Assembly (NCBI GenBank): GCA_965368975.1
Contig: CBDUPA010000006.1
Location: forward strand, 222,511-286,510
Direction of reading: 5' to 3'
DNA from: an uncultured bacterium
GTDB lineage: Bacteria; Acidobacteriota; Thermoanaerobaculia; Multivoradales; JAHZIX01
DNA length: 64,000 nucleotides
Position numbers and translations under genes: made by a program. The notes under the pieces are model-generated. The model was not told where the DNA came from. It saw only the letters and a program-made list of their open reading frames with translations, and did no database searches. This document shows positions 10,088 through 20,500 of the stretch, in pieces (the stretch's first letter is position 1; each line of letters opens with the position of its first letter).

Positions 10088-13000
10088 GACAGCGGCACTC
10101 CTTTGGATTCCTTGCCATCGGCGACGATCCACAGATCGGCCGGGCCGCGCACCTGGATCACCAGGTCGCTGGCTGGCTCGAACTGGAAGCGCACGTAGGG
10201 TTGATGGTCGCGGTACAGCTCCAGGCGGTCGATCTTCGCTGGCTCTTGCAGGTGCACCTCCGCTGGTAGCTCGGTGTTGCGCTCCAGTCCGGGGACGGTG
10301 CGGAAGCGACGGCGGCCGGCCTTGCGTTGCAGGTCGAAGTTGAGGCGCTGGTGCAGCGTGTTGCGCAGGTGCAGCCAGCGGCCTTCTTCGCGGCTCAGCT
10401 GCCACAGCGCTGCCCCGATGGCGACGCAGTGTTTGGGGTCGAAGGGGACGTCCAGGCTGGCCTTGCCCGAGCTGGCTCTATCCGAAGTCGGGGGTTCGAC
10501 CAGGATCAACGGCGTGTCCGCTGGTCGACGCTGGGCGACGGCTTCTTTGACGCCCTGGCGGATCACCGGCACGCGCACGCCCTGGCCGGTGAACAGCAGG
10601 GTGGTGACCTCGGACCACTGCCAGCCGGCGCGCTCGACGACGCTGTCGAGCAGTGGCAGGACCGCTGCCAGTCGTGTGCTGACCAGGTCCTCGAACGTGG
10701 CGCGGTCGATGGTGGTGGTAAAGTCCGGCTCGGCTGCTGGGCTGGCGTTGCTGGAGATACTGGTGTTGCTGGAGATACTGGTGTTGCTCGAAACATTGGC
10801 CAGGAGAGACGGGCCGAGCTCCAGCGTCAAGCTCGCTTGCTGTGCCTCGGAGAGCCGCTTCTTGGCCACCTCGGCGGCTCGCAGCAAGCCGCTGGCACCG
10901 CTGTAAAGGTCGATCGCCAGATCTTCCAGCTGTTCGTCGCGCCAGCCGGACCACGGTTCCTGGTAGCGCGCGCGCTGCCGGAAGCCGCTCTGGAACTCGC
11001 TGAACAGTCGAGCTTGCAGAGCGTAACGAATCTCGTCGAGCAGCTGTAGAAGCTCGGCCGGGTGGCTCCCGTCGTTCTCACCGCGCACCTGTGCCAGCAG
11101 CCACTCGGCGAGCAGCACGTCGAGGTCGTCGCCGCCCAACCGCCGGCCAGCATTGCTCTTCAACTCGACGGTCACCGGCACGTCCTCGCCGACATCGTTC
11201 GGATCGGTGCCGGCGTAGCGGTCGAGGTCGTGCACTTCGACCGCCGCCAGGTCCGTGGTGCCGCCGCCCATGTCGAAGCACAGCACGCGTTCGATCGGCA
11301 GGAACGGCTCCCCGGCCGCCACCTGGCGCCGCTCACGGGCGTCGACGTAGGCCAGCACCGCGGCGCTGGCTTCGTCGACGCAGCGCTCGGCGAAGAAGGC
11401 GTCGACCTGCACCTGATCGAGGTTGACGCCGACGCTGTGCGCCGTTTCCATGAGCGCCCGGCGCATCGGCTCTGTGACCTCCACCGGGTGGCTGAACACG
11501 GCCTTCTGGAACACCACCCGCTCCCCCTGCAGGCGCAGGTCGCGCTGGGCGTCGGGGTCGAGGAGGGTGACGCCGCGCTCGGCGCGGCCGAGCAGTTCGC
11601 CGATGAAGATATCGAGCAGCTGCTGAGCGCTGTAGCGGGCGCGCTGAAAGCCGTCACCGTGCCGGTAAAGGAAATTGTAGGCGGTCGCCGGATCGCGCGC
11701 GATCACCGTCTTGATGCTGCGCACCAGATTGGCGGGGTCGATACCGGCGGAGTGGTGCGCTTGTTGACCGAAGAGGAAGCGGTTCTGCGCGCCGTCGTGA
11801 GGACTCTCGGCATCCGCCAGAAAGTACATCAGCGACGCCAGCGACGGCCGCCGCTGCTCCAGTTCCAAGAGCAGGGGATAGGCGCGCTCGTCGCCCAGAA
11901 TGCACACCACTGAGCTGGAGGTGCCGAAGTCGATGCCGGCGGCGAAGTGATCGGCGACACGGCCGAACTCGACGCTGATGTCCAGCGCCAGCCCGGTTTC
12001 CAGGCTCCGCCCGGTGTCGTTCTCGGCTGTAGGCGTCCACCCATCGTGCTCCAAAATCAGCCGCCGCTGTCCCCATTCTTCGCCAGCCAAGTGTCGCGGC
12101 CGGAGTTCGGGGTGGACCCGTAGTTCGAGCGTTCGTTCTTCACCGGCCTCCAGCAGGTCGCCCAGTTCGACGCCGCGGATGCTCAGCCAATCGGGCGACC
12201 AGTCCGGATCGGGCACCGGCCGCCAGTCGCCGTCGTGCGGCTGCAGCACATGCAGATCTCCCAAGCGCAGCGGTACCTGGCCGGCATTGCGCACCGTGAG
12301 GGTGTGCTCCTCACGCAGTCGCGAGAACGGAATGGTCAGCTCGGGCGGACCGTGGGTCACCAGCCGAGGTGCGCGCACGACACTGCCGCGCAGCCGGCAG
12401 TCGAGGAGCAGCTCTTCGCCCTGATGACGGCAGCGCAGCTCGATACGGCCATCGAACCAGATGGGTTCGTCCGAGCCGGTACTGGCCGAGCCGATGCTGG
12501 ACGAGCCGATGCTGGCCGAGCCGGTACCGCCCGCCTCGAGGTTGCGCAGCAGCTCCACGTCTTCCTCGCCGCGCAGGTCGATGTGCAGGGTCAACTCGTC
12601 GTTCGCGTCCACCGGCAGGGGCAGGTCCAGAGGTTGCGCATGTAGCAGGCGGGTCGCGTCGAGACGCTGGTGGCCGGCGGGTGTCTCTTCACCCGCGTCG
12701 CGTACCCGGATCTCTAGCAATTCGAGCGCGTCGGCGGATTCGTTGCGCAGCACCAGCGTCTGCCGCACGCCCTGCGCGCGCACCAGCTCGACGGGCAGGA
12801 AGCGGTAGAGCGCACCCCCCGGCAGCAGGCGCGGCTGGCGCACGAGCAGCAGGTCGAGCTCGAGGTTCTGCTGAAAGCTGTCGTGCAGCGTGATCGTGGC
12901 GACCAGTTCCTGACCCGCCTCGGCGTCACGGTCGTAGGCTTGTTGCAGGCGGAAACTGTCGATCGGCAGGTCGAGTCGCTGGGGTTCCCCTCCGGGTGCC

Positions 13001-13320
13001 AGCTGCAGCACGCGCTCGGTCAGTTCGTCGCGCAGGACCCAGGCTGGCAGGGTGCGGATGGTGTCGTCGGTCAGGACCAGCGCGGCGGCGGTGACGCCCT
13101 CGTTGATCAGCTGGACTTGCACGTGGCGGGCGTTGCGCTGCACCGCCACGCGTCCGCTGGTCTCTTGCCAGCTGCCCAAGCGCTGGTTGCCGCCCGCGTC
13201 GGTGCCGGCGGCGCGCCAGCGAACGCGCGTCAACGGCCGACCGCACACCGCGCAGTAGGCGTCGGCCGGGCTGACCGCGTTGGCGCAGCGCGGACAGGTC
13301 GGGCGGTCCGGCGTCGTCAC
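10084..13320 (-). CDS. Atypical Hsp70/DnaK-family ATPase fused to an N-terminal zinc ribbon and Ig-like domains
   Basis: CPRC...CAVC at the N-terminus; Hsp70 motifs GIDFGTSSS, VDEASAAVLAY, FDMGGGTTD, LGGDDLD, AAEVAKKRLS, DPKHCVAIGAA. The C-terminus is too short for a canonical substrate-binding domain and lid. Confidence 0.88.
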   Translation of the reverse strand: MTTPDRPTCPRCANAVSPADAYCAVCGRPLTRVRWRAAGTDAGGNQRLGSWQETSGRVAVQRNARHVQVQLINEGVTAAALVLTDDTIRTLPAWVLRDELTERVLQLAPGGEPQRLDLPIDSFRLQQAYDRDAEAGQELVATITLHDSFQQNLELDLLLVRQPRLLPGGALYRFLPVELVRAQGVRQTLVLRNESADALELLEIRVRDAGEETPAGHQRLDATRLLHAQPLDLPLPVDANDELTLHIDLRGEEDVELLRNLEAGGTGSASIGSSSIGSASTGSDEPIWFDGRIELRCRHQGEELLLDCRLRGSVVRAPRLVTHGPPELTIPFSRLREEHTLTVRNAGQVPLRLGDLHVLQPHDGDWRPVPDPDWSPDWLSIRGVELGDLLEAGEERTLELRVHPELRPRHLAGEEWGQRRLILEHDGWTPTAENDTGRSLETGLALDISVEFGRVADHFAAGIDFGTSSSVVCILGDERAYPLLLELEQRRPSLASLMYFLADAESPHDGAQNRFLFGQQAHHSAGIDPANLVRSIKTVIARDPATAYNFLYRHGDGFQRARYSAQQLLDIFIGELLGRAERGVTLLDPDAQRDLRLQGERVVFQKAVFSHPVEVTEPMRRALMETAHSVGVNLDQVQVDAFFAERCVDEASAAVLAYVDARERRQVAAGEPFLPIERVLCFDMGGGTTDLAAVEVHDLDRYAGTDPNDVGEDVPVTVELKSNAGRRLGGDDLDVLLAEWLLAQVRGENDGSHPAELLQLLDEIRYALQARLFSEFQSGFRQRARYQEPWSGWRDEQLEDLAIDLYSGASGLLRAAEVAKKRLSEAQQASLTLELGPSLLANVSSNTSISSNTSISSNASPAAEPDFTTTIDRATFEDLVSTRLAAVLPLLDSVVERAGWQWSEVTTLLFTGQGVRVPVIRQGVKEAVAQRRPADTPLILVEPPTSDRASSGKASLDVPFDPKHCVAIGAALWQLSREEGRWLHLRNTLHQRLNFDLQRKAGRRRFRTVPGLERNTELPAEVHLQEPAKIDRLELYRDHQPYVRFQFEPASDLVIQVRGPADLWIVADGKESKGVPLS
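10747..10788. repeat. 18-nt in-frame tandem repeat (SSNTSI)
   Basis: gttgctggagatactggt x2 plus a partial copy. Confidence 0.85.
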
Positions 13321-14831
13321 GCGCCTCTCTCCGAGGGGGACTGTGGTTTCGTTCGAGCTTGTGCGTCTGGCGGAGCTTCCCCGTGCAGTGGAGCTTCCCC
13401 GTGCAGCGGAGCTTCAATATCGACGCGCACCAAGTCGCCGTGACGCAGGGCGGGCGAGAGCACGCGATAGCGTCGGCCGTGCGCATCGAGTGGACGCAGC
13501 TGGCCTCCCACCGCGACGCCGTTGACCACCAGCTGCAGGCGCTCCGGCGGCACGCCCTCGTCGAGCACCAGGATGTCCGGCCGGAAGTCGTCGAGCGGCG
13601 TAAACGGAGGAGCTTCGGGCAGATCCTGCAGAGGAGGAGTGCTCGTCGCGGGCTCGTCGTGGCTGGCGGACTGGGGTGAGGGCTGGGGCGCCGGCGTCGG
13701 GGGTACCTGCGTCGGGGGTACCTGCCTCGGAGTCAGGGCTTGTGGCGGGGGCGGTGGTAGTGGTGCGGACGTAGGGGCTGCGTTCTGGGGCGTCGGGTCG
13801 GCGTGCACCGCCGTGGCCAGGTGACGCTTCAAGCTGTTGACGATTTCGCGCTGCGGCCGTTCCTGCAGCCAGTCGCCGTAGCGCTGCGTCAGGTCCGTGT
13901 GCAGTTCCAGGTGCTCGGGGTCCAGCTGCCGGGCGGACAAGCCCTGGCCGTCGAGAAAGCGTCGCAAGTCGTCGAGGGCGTCGGAAGGCCGGCCACCCTC
14001 GCGCAGCAACACCGTCGGCCCCTCACTCCAGCGTACTTCCTGCACCGGCACACCCTGCGAGTCGACGAGTAGCTGCGGCTTGGCGAGACGTTGCCACCAG
14101 GACGGCGGGTCGATCTCGGGCAGCAGGCGCACGCGCACGCGCGTCGCTCGGAGGCGGTGCAGCGACGGATCACTCGAAAGGAAGACATCACAGCCGTGCA
14201 GCTGCAAGTCCGTCGTACCCGTCGCCTGTGCCGCCAGTCCGTAGGCGATGCGCTGTTGCCACGCCCAGGTTTCCGCTCGTGGCGGCTCGACGTTTGCAGG
14301 CAGCTCGTCGAGCCAGGCCTGGAGGATCGCTGGTGTCACGCTCCAAGCGCGCGCCAGCGCGGTGGACGCCGGCACCACCAGCGACCGGAAGGGCTCGATG
14401 ATGCGCAACCAGCCTCCCGCTTCGACGACGATGCGCGTATCGACCGCATCGTGAGACGCGTCGACCACCGCCTGGCGCAGGATTGGCTCGGCCGGCACCA
14501 CCGTCCAGCCCGCTTCGTCCCAGGCTCCGAGCAGCTGCCGTCCGCGCGCCGCATCACGCCAGGCTTCGGGGACCAGCAACAGGTCCGGTCCGCCGCGCCG
14601 CGCCGTCGCCAGGCGCGCGAACTCCGCGCTCATCTGCCGCCAGGCCGCTGCCTCGGTGCTGGACGCCGGCTCGCTGTCCACACTTGACTCGACCGTGATT
14701 TCGACCCCCATCGCCGGGTCCGGCAGGCCGCAGGCGAGGTCCGCATCCAGGGCGGCGAAGAGGTCAAGGTGCGACGGCTCGACGGTGCCCGCGAGGGACC
14801 CGCAGCCGAGCACCAATGGTCTAGGTTTCAC
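13317..14831 (-). CDS. Degenerate Hsp70/actin-fold-like protein with a Pro-rich linker and a small C-terminal beta domain
   Basis: LLLVPEAWRDAARGRQLLGAWDEAGWTVVPAEP resembles Hsp70 VITVPAYFNDAQRQ...AG...EP, and IVVEAGG resembles VYDLGGG. Its stop overlaps the Hsp70 start. Confidence 0.55.
   Translation of the reverse strand: MKPRPLVLGCGSLAGTVEPSHLDLFAALDADLACGLPDPAMGVEITVESSVDSEPASSTEAAAWRQMSAEFARLATARRGGPDLLLVPEAWRDAARGRQLLGAWDEAGWTVVPAEPILRQAVVDASHDAVDTRIVVEAGGWLRIIEPFRSLVVPASTALARAWSVTPAILQAWLDELPANVEPPRAETWAWQQRIAYGLAAQATGTTDLQLHGCDVFLSSDPSLHRLRATRVRVRLLPEIDPPSWWQRLAKPQLLVDSQGVPVQEVRWSEGPTVLLREGGRPSDALDDLRRFLDGQGLSARQLDPEHLELHTDLTQRYGDWLQERPQREIVNSLKRHLATAVHADPTPQNAAPTSAPLPPPPPQALTPRQVPPTQVPPTPAPQPSPQSASHDEPATSTPPLQDLPEAPPFTPLDDFRPDILVLDEGVPPERLQLVVNGVAVGGQLRPLDAHGRRYRVLSPALRHGDLVRVDIEAPLHGEAPLHGEAPPDAQARTKPQSPSERGA
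13372..13415. repeat. 18-nt in-frame tandem repeat (EAPLHG)
   Basis: ggagcttccccgtgcagY x2 plus a partial copy. Confidence 0.85.
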
Positions 14832-14946
14832 GAAGCGGACTCCTGGCTCGTGGACGCGAGAACTCGAGAAGGCTGCGATGGGGTGGCAAGCATGGAAAAC
14901 AGGGTCTCAGTATATCTCGCTGTTCCGGCTGGTAGGCTCTCGTGTC

Positions 14947-16170
14947 ATGGCTCCCTCTTCACAGGAGACGTTACAGCGCAGCGCAATGTTCCACACTCGC
15001 TATACGCAAGCGGGAGGAGAGGAACGCTCCACCGCCGTCGAGACCGCGACACTACGGGCGCACGGGATCGAGGTCGAGGAGTTCCAGCTCGCCAACCAGG
15101 ACGTGCTGAATGCCGGCCGCCTCGCCACCGTGCGCGGTCTCTGGCGTTCGGCCTTCAACCGCCAGGTCTACGAGCAGGTACGGCAATTCTGCCGGCGGGT
15201 TCGGCCGCAGGTGGCGCACGTGCAGAACTTCTGGTGGGCGATGTCACCAGCTGTCCATGCTGCCTGCCACGCCGAAGGTGTCGCCACCGTGCAGACACTG
15301 CGCAACTATCGCCTGCTGTGCGTCAACGCGCTCCTGCAGCGCGAAGGCGCCCCGTGCGAGGCGTGCGTCGGCAAGGCGCCATGGCGCGGCGTGCTGCACC
15401 GCTGCTACCACGGATCGGCCGTGGGCAGTGCCCTGGTGGCGCGCATGATCACGCACAACCGCAGGCGTGCCACCTGGCACCGCGATGTCGACGTCCTGGT
15501 CGCCTTGACGAACTTTGCCCGTGGCAAGTTGATCGAGGGCGGCTTGCCGGCCGAGCGCCTGGTCGTCAAACCCAACTCGGCCCCCGATCCCGGCGCGGCG
15601 ACGCCGCCGGGCCAGGGTGCTGTGTTCCTGGGGCGGTTGTCGGCGGAGAAGGGCCTGCACACCCTGCTCGACGCCTGGCGTTGCCTACCGGAGGTGCCGT
15701 TGACGATTCTCGGCGACGGTCCCTTGCGGGCCGAACTGGAAGCGCGCGTCGCCGAGCCGGAGTTACGGCACGTGCGGTTGCTCGGCCAGCAGCCGGCCGA
15801 CCAGGTCACGGCGGCGGTGCGGGAGAGTGCCTTCCTGGTGATGGCCAGCGAGTGGTATGAGGGTTTTCCCCGCGTGCTGGTGGAGGCCTTCTCCCTCGGG
15901 CGCCCGGCGTTGGTGCCGAAACTTGGTTCGATGGCCGAGATTGTCGACGATGGCCGCACCGGTCTGCACTTCGAGCCGGGCGATGCCGTCAGCCTGGCGG
16001 CGCAGGCATGTCTCTTGGCCGAAGATCGCGATCGACTCCTGCAGCTGGCCACAGCGGCTCGCGCCGAGTACGAGGCTTGCTACACGCCGGATCGCGACGC
16101 CGAGCGCCTGCTGGGGATCTATCGCCAAGCTCTCGATCAGCAGGCGATCAATACGCACCGCGCCCGCTGA
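14947..16170 (+). CDS. Glycosyltransferase family 4 (GT-B)
   Basis: GGEE, FLGRLSAEKG, EWYEGFPRVLVEAFSLGRP, DGRTGLHF. The start is uncertain (ATG 14947 or a slightly later ATG). Confidence 0.9.
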   Translation: MAPSSQETLQRSAMFHTRYTQAGGEERSTAVETATLRAHGIEVEEFQLANQDVLNAGRLATVRGLWRSAFNRQVYEQVRQFCRRVRPQVAHVQNFWWAMSPAVHAACHAEGVATVQTLRNYRLLCVNALLQREGAPCEACVGKAPWRGVLHRCYHGSAVGSALVARMITHNRRRATWHRDVDVLVALTNFARGKLIEGGLPAERLVVKPNSAPDPGAATPPGQGAVFLGRLSAEKGLHTLLDAWRCLPEVPLTILGDGPLRAELEARVAEPELRHVRLLGQQPADQVTAAVRESAFLVMASEWYEGFPRVLVEAFSLGRPALVPKLGSMAEIVDDGRTGLHFEPGDAVSLAAQACLLAEDRDRLLQLATAARAEYEACYTPDRDAERLLGIYRQALDQQAINTHRAR

Positions 16171-17518
16171 GCACCGCCGATAGCGTCCGGCCCAGCAGGT
16201 GCAGGTCGAGCCACAGCGACCAGTTGCGGATGTAGTAGGTGTCCAGCGCCTGCTGCTCGTCGACACCGCCCTCGCTGCGCACCGTTACCTGCCACAGTCC
16301 GGTAATCCCCGGGCGTACGCGTCGACGTAGCTGCCGGAAAGTATCGGTGAAGCGTTGCAGGTGGTAGTCCGGAAACGGTCGGGGCCCCACCAGGCTCATC
16401 TGGCCCAGCACTACGTTGGCCAGCTGTGGCAGCTCGTCGAGCGAGTAGCGGCGCAGGAACTTGCCGATCCAGGGCAGCACACGCGGATCGTCGTGCAGCT
16501 TGTAGCGTTTCTGCCATTGCCGCCGCAACTCGGGGTCGGCATCGAGATGTCGTTCGAGCCGTGCTTCCGCATCGCGGTACATGGTGCGCACCTTCCACAC
16601 CGTGATCCGGTGTCCGCCCAGACCTTCGCGTCGTTGCACGAAGAAGGGCCAGCCCGGATCCGTGATCATCACGGCCAGCGCTGCCAGCAGAATCAGCGGC
16701 AGAGCCAGCAGCAGAAAAAGCGTGCCGGCGGTCAGGTCGAGCGTGCGCTTGAGCAGCCGATTGCGTCGCTGTAGCAGGTTGTTGGTGTACTCGATTCCCA
16801 GCACGCCACCGCCCAGGTTGCGGATCTGCACCCCTTCCACTGGTAGGTCGTCGATCTGGCGGAGCAGAACCAGGTGCCGAAACAGCTGTCGTAGCTGGTC
16901 GAGGGCTTCGGCATAAGGCCGGTTGGCGCGGCGGTCGAAGTGCGAAGGGTCGAGCAGGGCCACCCGGATCCCCGCCTGCGCTGCTTCCTCCGCTTCCCCG
17001 ATCGTCGCCAGCATCGCGACCGCCCGGTACCCCATCTCCGCCGCCTCTTCCCTCAGCTCCGGCGTCACCCCGACCCCGCCGATCACGATCACCGGCTCCG
17101 GCCACCACGTCCAACGCGCCACGATGCGAAGCACCACGCCACGCACCAGCGGCACCACCGCCAGGCTGATGACCGCGGCCAGCGCGAAGGTGATGCGGGA
17201 GTAGAGGTACGGCGTCTGGCTGGCGAAGCTGAGGGCGGCCAGCAGCAGGAACCCAAAGCCGGTCGTCAACACCTGGCGCCGCAGCGTCTCGACCGGCCCG
17301 AGACCGAAGCCGGGGTAGAGGCCGGCGAAGGCGTAGCCGAGCAAGAAGAGAAAGAGCAACGGCCACAGCCCGGAATACAGCGATGGCGGTTGCCCGTGCA
17401 CCGGCAGCGCCCACAGCGCATAGGCGAGAAACGCCGCGAGCGTCAGGCCGAGGGCGTCGGCCGTCAGCAGGATGGCGTTGCGGGCGAGGCGGAAGGGGAG
17501 ATGGCGGACGGGCTTCAC
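16148..17518 (-). CDS. Undecaprenyl-phosphate sugar phosphotransferase (WbaP/WcaJ family)
   Basis: N-terminal TMs; KRTLDL, KVRTM, DPRV..IGKFLRRYSLDELPQL.NV..GQMSLVGPRP, RPGITGLWQV, YIRNWSLWLD. Confidence 0.93.
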   Translation of the reverse strand: MKPVRHLPFRLARNAILLTADALGLTLAAFLAYALWALPVHGQPPSLYSGLWPLLFLFLLGYAFAGLYPGFGLGPVETLRRQVLTTGFGFLLLAALSFASQTPYLYSRITFALAAVISLAVVPLVRGVVLRIVARWTWWPEPVIVIGGVGVTPELREEAAEMGYRAVAMLATIGEAEEAAQAGIRVALLDPSHFDRRANRPYAEALDQLRQLFRHLVLLRQIDDLPVEGVQIRNLGGGVLGIEYTNNLLQRRNRLLKRTLDLTAGTLFLLLALPLILLAALAVMITDPGWPFFVQRREGLGGHRITVWKVRTMYRDAEARLERHLDADPELRRQWQKRYKLHDDPRVLPWIGKFLRRYSLDELPQLANVVLGQMSLVGPRPFPDYHLQRFTDTFRQLRRRVRPGITGLWQVTVRSEGGVDEQQALDTYYIRNWSLWLDLHLLGRTLSAVLSGRGAY

Positions 17519-17533
17519 GCGGGCAGTGTACAG

Positions 17534-20500
17534 TTACTCACCACCCTCGATCTCCACCCGGCCCCCCGCCGAGTAGGCGACGAACTCGGGCGCGTACATC
17601 GACTGTACCTGCGCCGGAGCGGCCTGGAAGCTGCCAGCGGTGGTGGCTCTCAGGCGGTACTTGAAGGTGTACTCGCCGACGGGCAGGCGTTCGAAGAAGA
17701 AGTTGGTGCCGCTGTCGCGCACTTCCTCGTACCACCAGATGCCGAGGTCCCACTGGACGCCCGAACTCAGGGTTTCCGGTTCGAAGCCGGCGGGCCGCGG
17801 ATCGCGCAGGTGGACGTACTCGGCGGCGTGCTTGGAGCGCAGCGAGACCTGGACTTCTACCTGGTCGCCGATCTCGACGCGTGTACCGTCGGCCAGGGGA
17901 CGCAGTACCCAATCGCTGCCGCCGCCAGAACCCGAGCGCTCGCGCTTGAAGTAGGCACGCTCGACGTGGAAGAAGTTGCCGCGTGCTTCCTTCGGCGGAG
18001 TCTCGGTGGAGAAGTGCCAGGTAGCGGAAGCGAAGAGGAAGCCGGGGGTGTCCTTCTCGACCACGATGGTGCTGTCCGTCGCGGGATCGATCTCGTCGCC
18101 TTCGAGCTGCCACTGGACGCCCTTGCCGGTGAAGGTGTCGGGGTCGAACTCGAAGTCGCGTTGCCGGTCGCCGATGCGCACCTGCACGGCTTCGCGCACG
18201 GCCAGCAGGTCTTCAGCCTGCAGGTAGTGAACCAGGCCATAGATGGCTTCGGCGGTGGCGCGGGTGGACTTCCAGTGGTTGAGCTTCTTGTTCAGGAACA
18301 GCCACTGCACCAGGCCGTGACGCAGCTCATTGTCCGGCTGCAGTTCGAGCAGCGCGCGCAGCACGAAGGCGTGGCTCTCGACGGTGTCGTTGTACCAGAG
18401 CCAGGCGCGATCCTCGGGCGCCCAGAAGGTACCCTCGTCCTCGGTGGTCCGGGCGGAGTCGAGGATGCTGTCGAAGACCAGGCGCGCGTCCTCGGTGCGG
18501 TCGGCTCGGTGCAGAGCCAGGCTGAGATAGGCCTTGAGTCGTGGACTGTTGTTCTTCCAGCTCTCGAACGCGGCAGCGAGCATGGTGGCGCGGTCGCCGT
18601 CCGTGAAGTTGTTGCCGGTCCACGATGCGTCGGGGTAGCTAGAGAGCACGTAGCTCATGTACGTGAGGATGTGTGGCGAGGCCTTGCCCTGCTTGAGCTG
18701 CTCGACCAGCTCGCGGTCCCAGTAGCGCTTCATGTAGCCCCAGGCTCGCACGACCATGTCCTTGGGCACCTCGACGCCGAATTCGAGCGCGCGCGAGAAG
18801 CCGTCGAGCAGGTAGAGGGTTATGTAGGTCGAGGGCGGACCGCCAGGCCACCAGGGGAAGCCGCCTTGCGCGGTCTGTGCTTCTCGGAGCTTGGCCAGCG
18901 CTGCCTGGCGCAACTGGCCGGTGCGTCGCGGGTCGAGAACGTTGAGCAGGTCGTACGGGACTTCGCCGCCGCCCTGGGCCATCTGCACCCACGGGGTCTC
19001 TTCGAGCGCCAGCGCGCGGTTCGGATCGGGGCCGTCCCAGGCTTCGAAGACGGTGTCTCGGCTCGACAGCTGCTCGGCCATGCGCGCGACGGCAGGGTAG
19101 TCGCCGTAGAGCGTGGACAAGATGCCGGTGGAGACGAAGCGGTTGAGGGTCTGCTCGGTGCACTCGTAGGGGTAGTCGACCAGGTACGGCAGCGCCTGCA
19201 GCACGCCGTAGAAGAGCTGCGCGTCGAGGGTGACGACCAGCTGCTCTTGCAGCATCGTCGGGTCGGTGCTTGCCGAGCTGGCCTGTGCTGCCAGGTCGGC
19301 GAAGTGCAACTCACGCCGTGCACTCTCGCCTGCGCCGGAGTGCAGGGTGGCGAAGCGCGACTGGATCAGGTGAATGCGGCCAGGTAGCAGAGGTAGGGGG
19401 CGCTGCTCGCCGTCCTGGAAGCTGCCGGCCCGCGCCACGGCGCGCACCACGACCTCCCCGACACCACGCGGGTTGACGAGCGGGAAGGTGAAGGTCGTGC
19501 TGCCGCCCGGGTCGAGCTGGAAGTCGAGGCCACGAGTGTCGGCGGTAGTGAGGCCGAAGTCGGCGAGACGCGACGGCCCCAGCTCGCTCGTGTCTGGGCT
19601 GGTGTCACTGCCGTCTGCCGGGGCGGTGAGCGGAGCGAAGAGGCCGAAGTCGAGTTGCCCTTCGAAGGCTTCGTCACCGGCGTTCTGCACCACCACTTTG
19701 ATCCGTGCTGCGTCGCCTTCGCGCAGGAAGCGGGGCAGGTAGGGGCGCACCAGCAGTTCCTTGACGCTGCGCGTCGTCTTGTGCACGGCACCGCCGCGCA
19801 GGTCCTGGGTGACGGCGTGCGCCCACACATTCCACTCGGTGACCGAGTCGGGGACGGTGAACTCGAAGCTGACGCTGCCGTCATCGCCGGTGAGTAACTG
19901 AGGTACCCAGAAGGCGGTCTCGGCGAAGTCCTTGCGCACGGGCTCCTGCTCTGCGCCCGGCGGTGGCGGTGGAGGGGGTGGTGCATCGTCGACGGAGCTG
20001 AGGGCGCGCAGTTCCTCCTCGGTTCCGACTTCCATCGCCGCACCCACCGCGAGCGACTCGGCGACCATGGGTGCATCGGCGACAGCGATAGCATCCGCTT
20101 CGAACATCGGTGGCGACGGCGCCGACGGGACGCGCATCTTCATGGCACGCGAGCGCGGGCCGATGCCGCCGATACCGAAGTTGTCGAAGTACTTGAGGCG
20201 ATCCGTGCGCAAGGGGCTAGAGCTGGGCAGTTCGCCGAAGCCCTGGTTGTGCTGCCAGGCCATCCAGGCCTGGCCGAGTCCGCTCTCGAGGGTTTGCCAC
20301 TGCGCGTGCGTCGGGTAGAGGGCCTGGACGTCGACCGGGTTGTGGCCAGCGAAGATGTCGAGGCTGCGGTCGTACATGTAGGCCAGAACCTCGGCGGCAC
20401 CAGCGCTCAGGGCCTGCTCGTCGTCACTGCGTACCGTCACCTTCCAGGTCTCGCTCTGTCCGGGGCGCAGACGGTCGCGGAAGGTGGAGAACTCGACCTG

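Noticed and set aside
14656-14946. N-terminal extension of the glycosyltransferase ORF
   Set aside because: It overlaps the divergent 13317..14831 gene, and GT4 similarity begins only after about 14947.
16940-19387. 815-aa plus-strand ORF
   Set aside because: Antisense to the sugar transferase and alpha-2-macroglobulin genes, which have clear family motifs.
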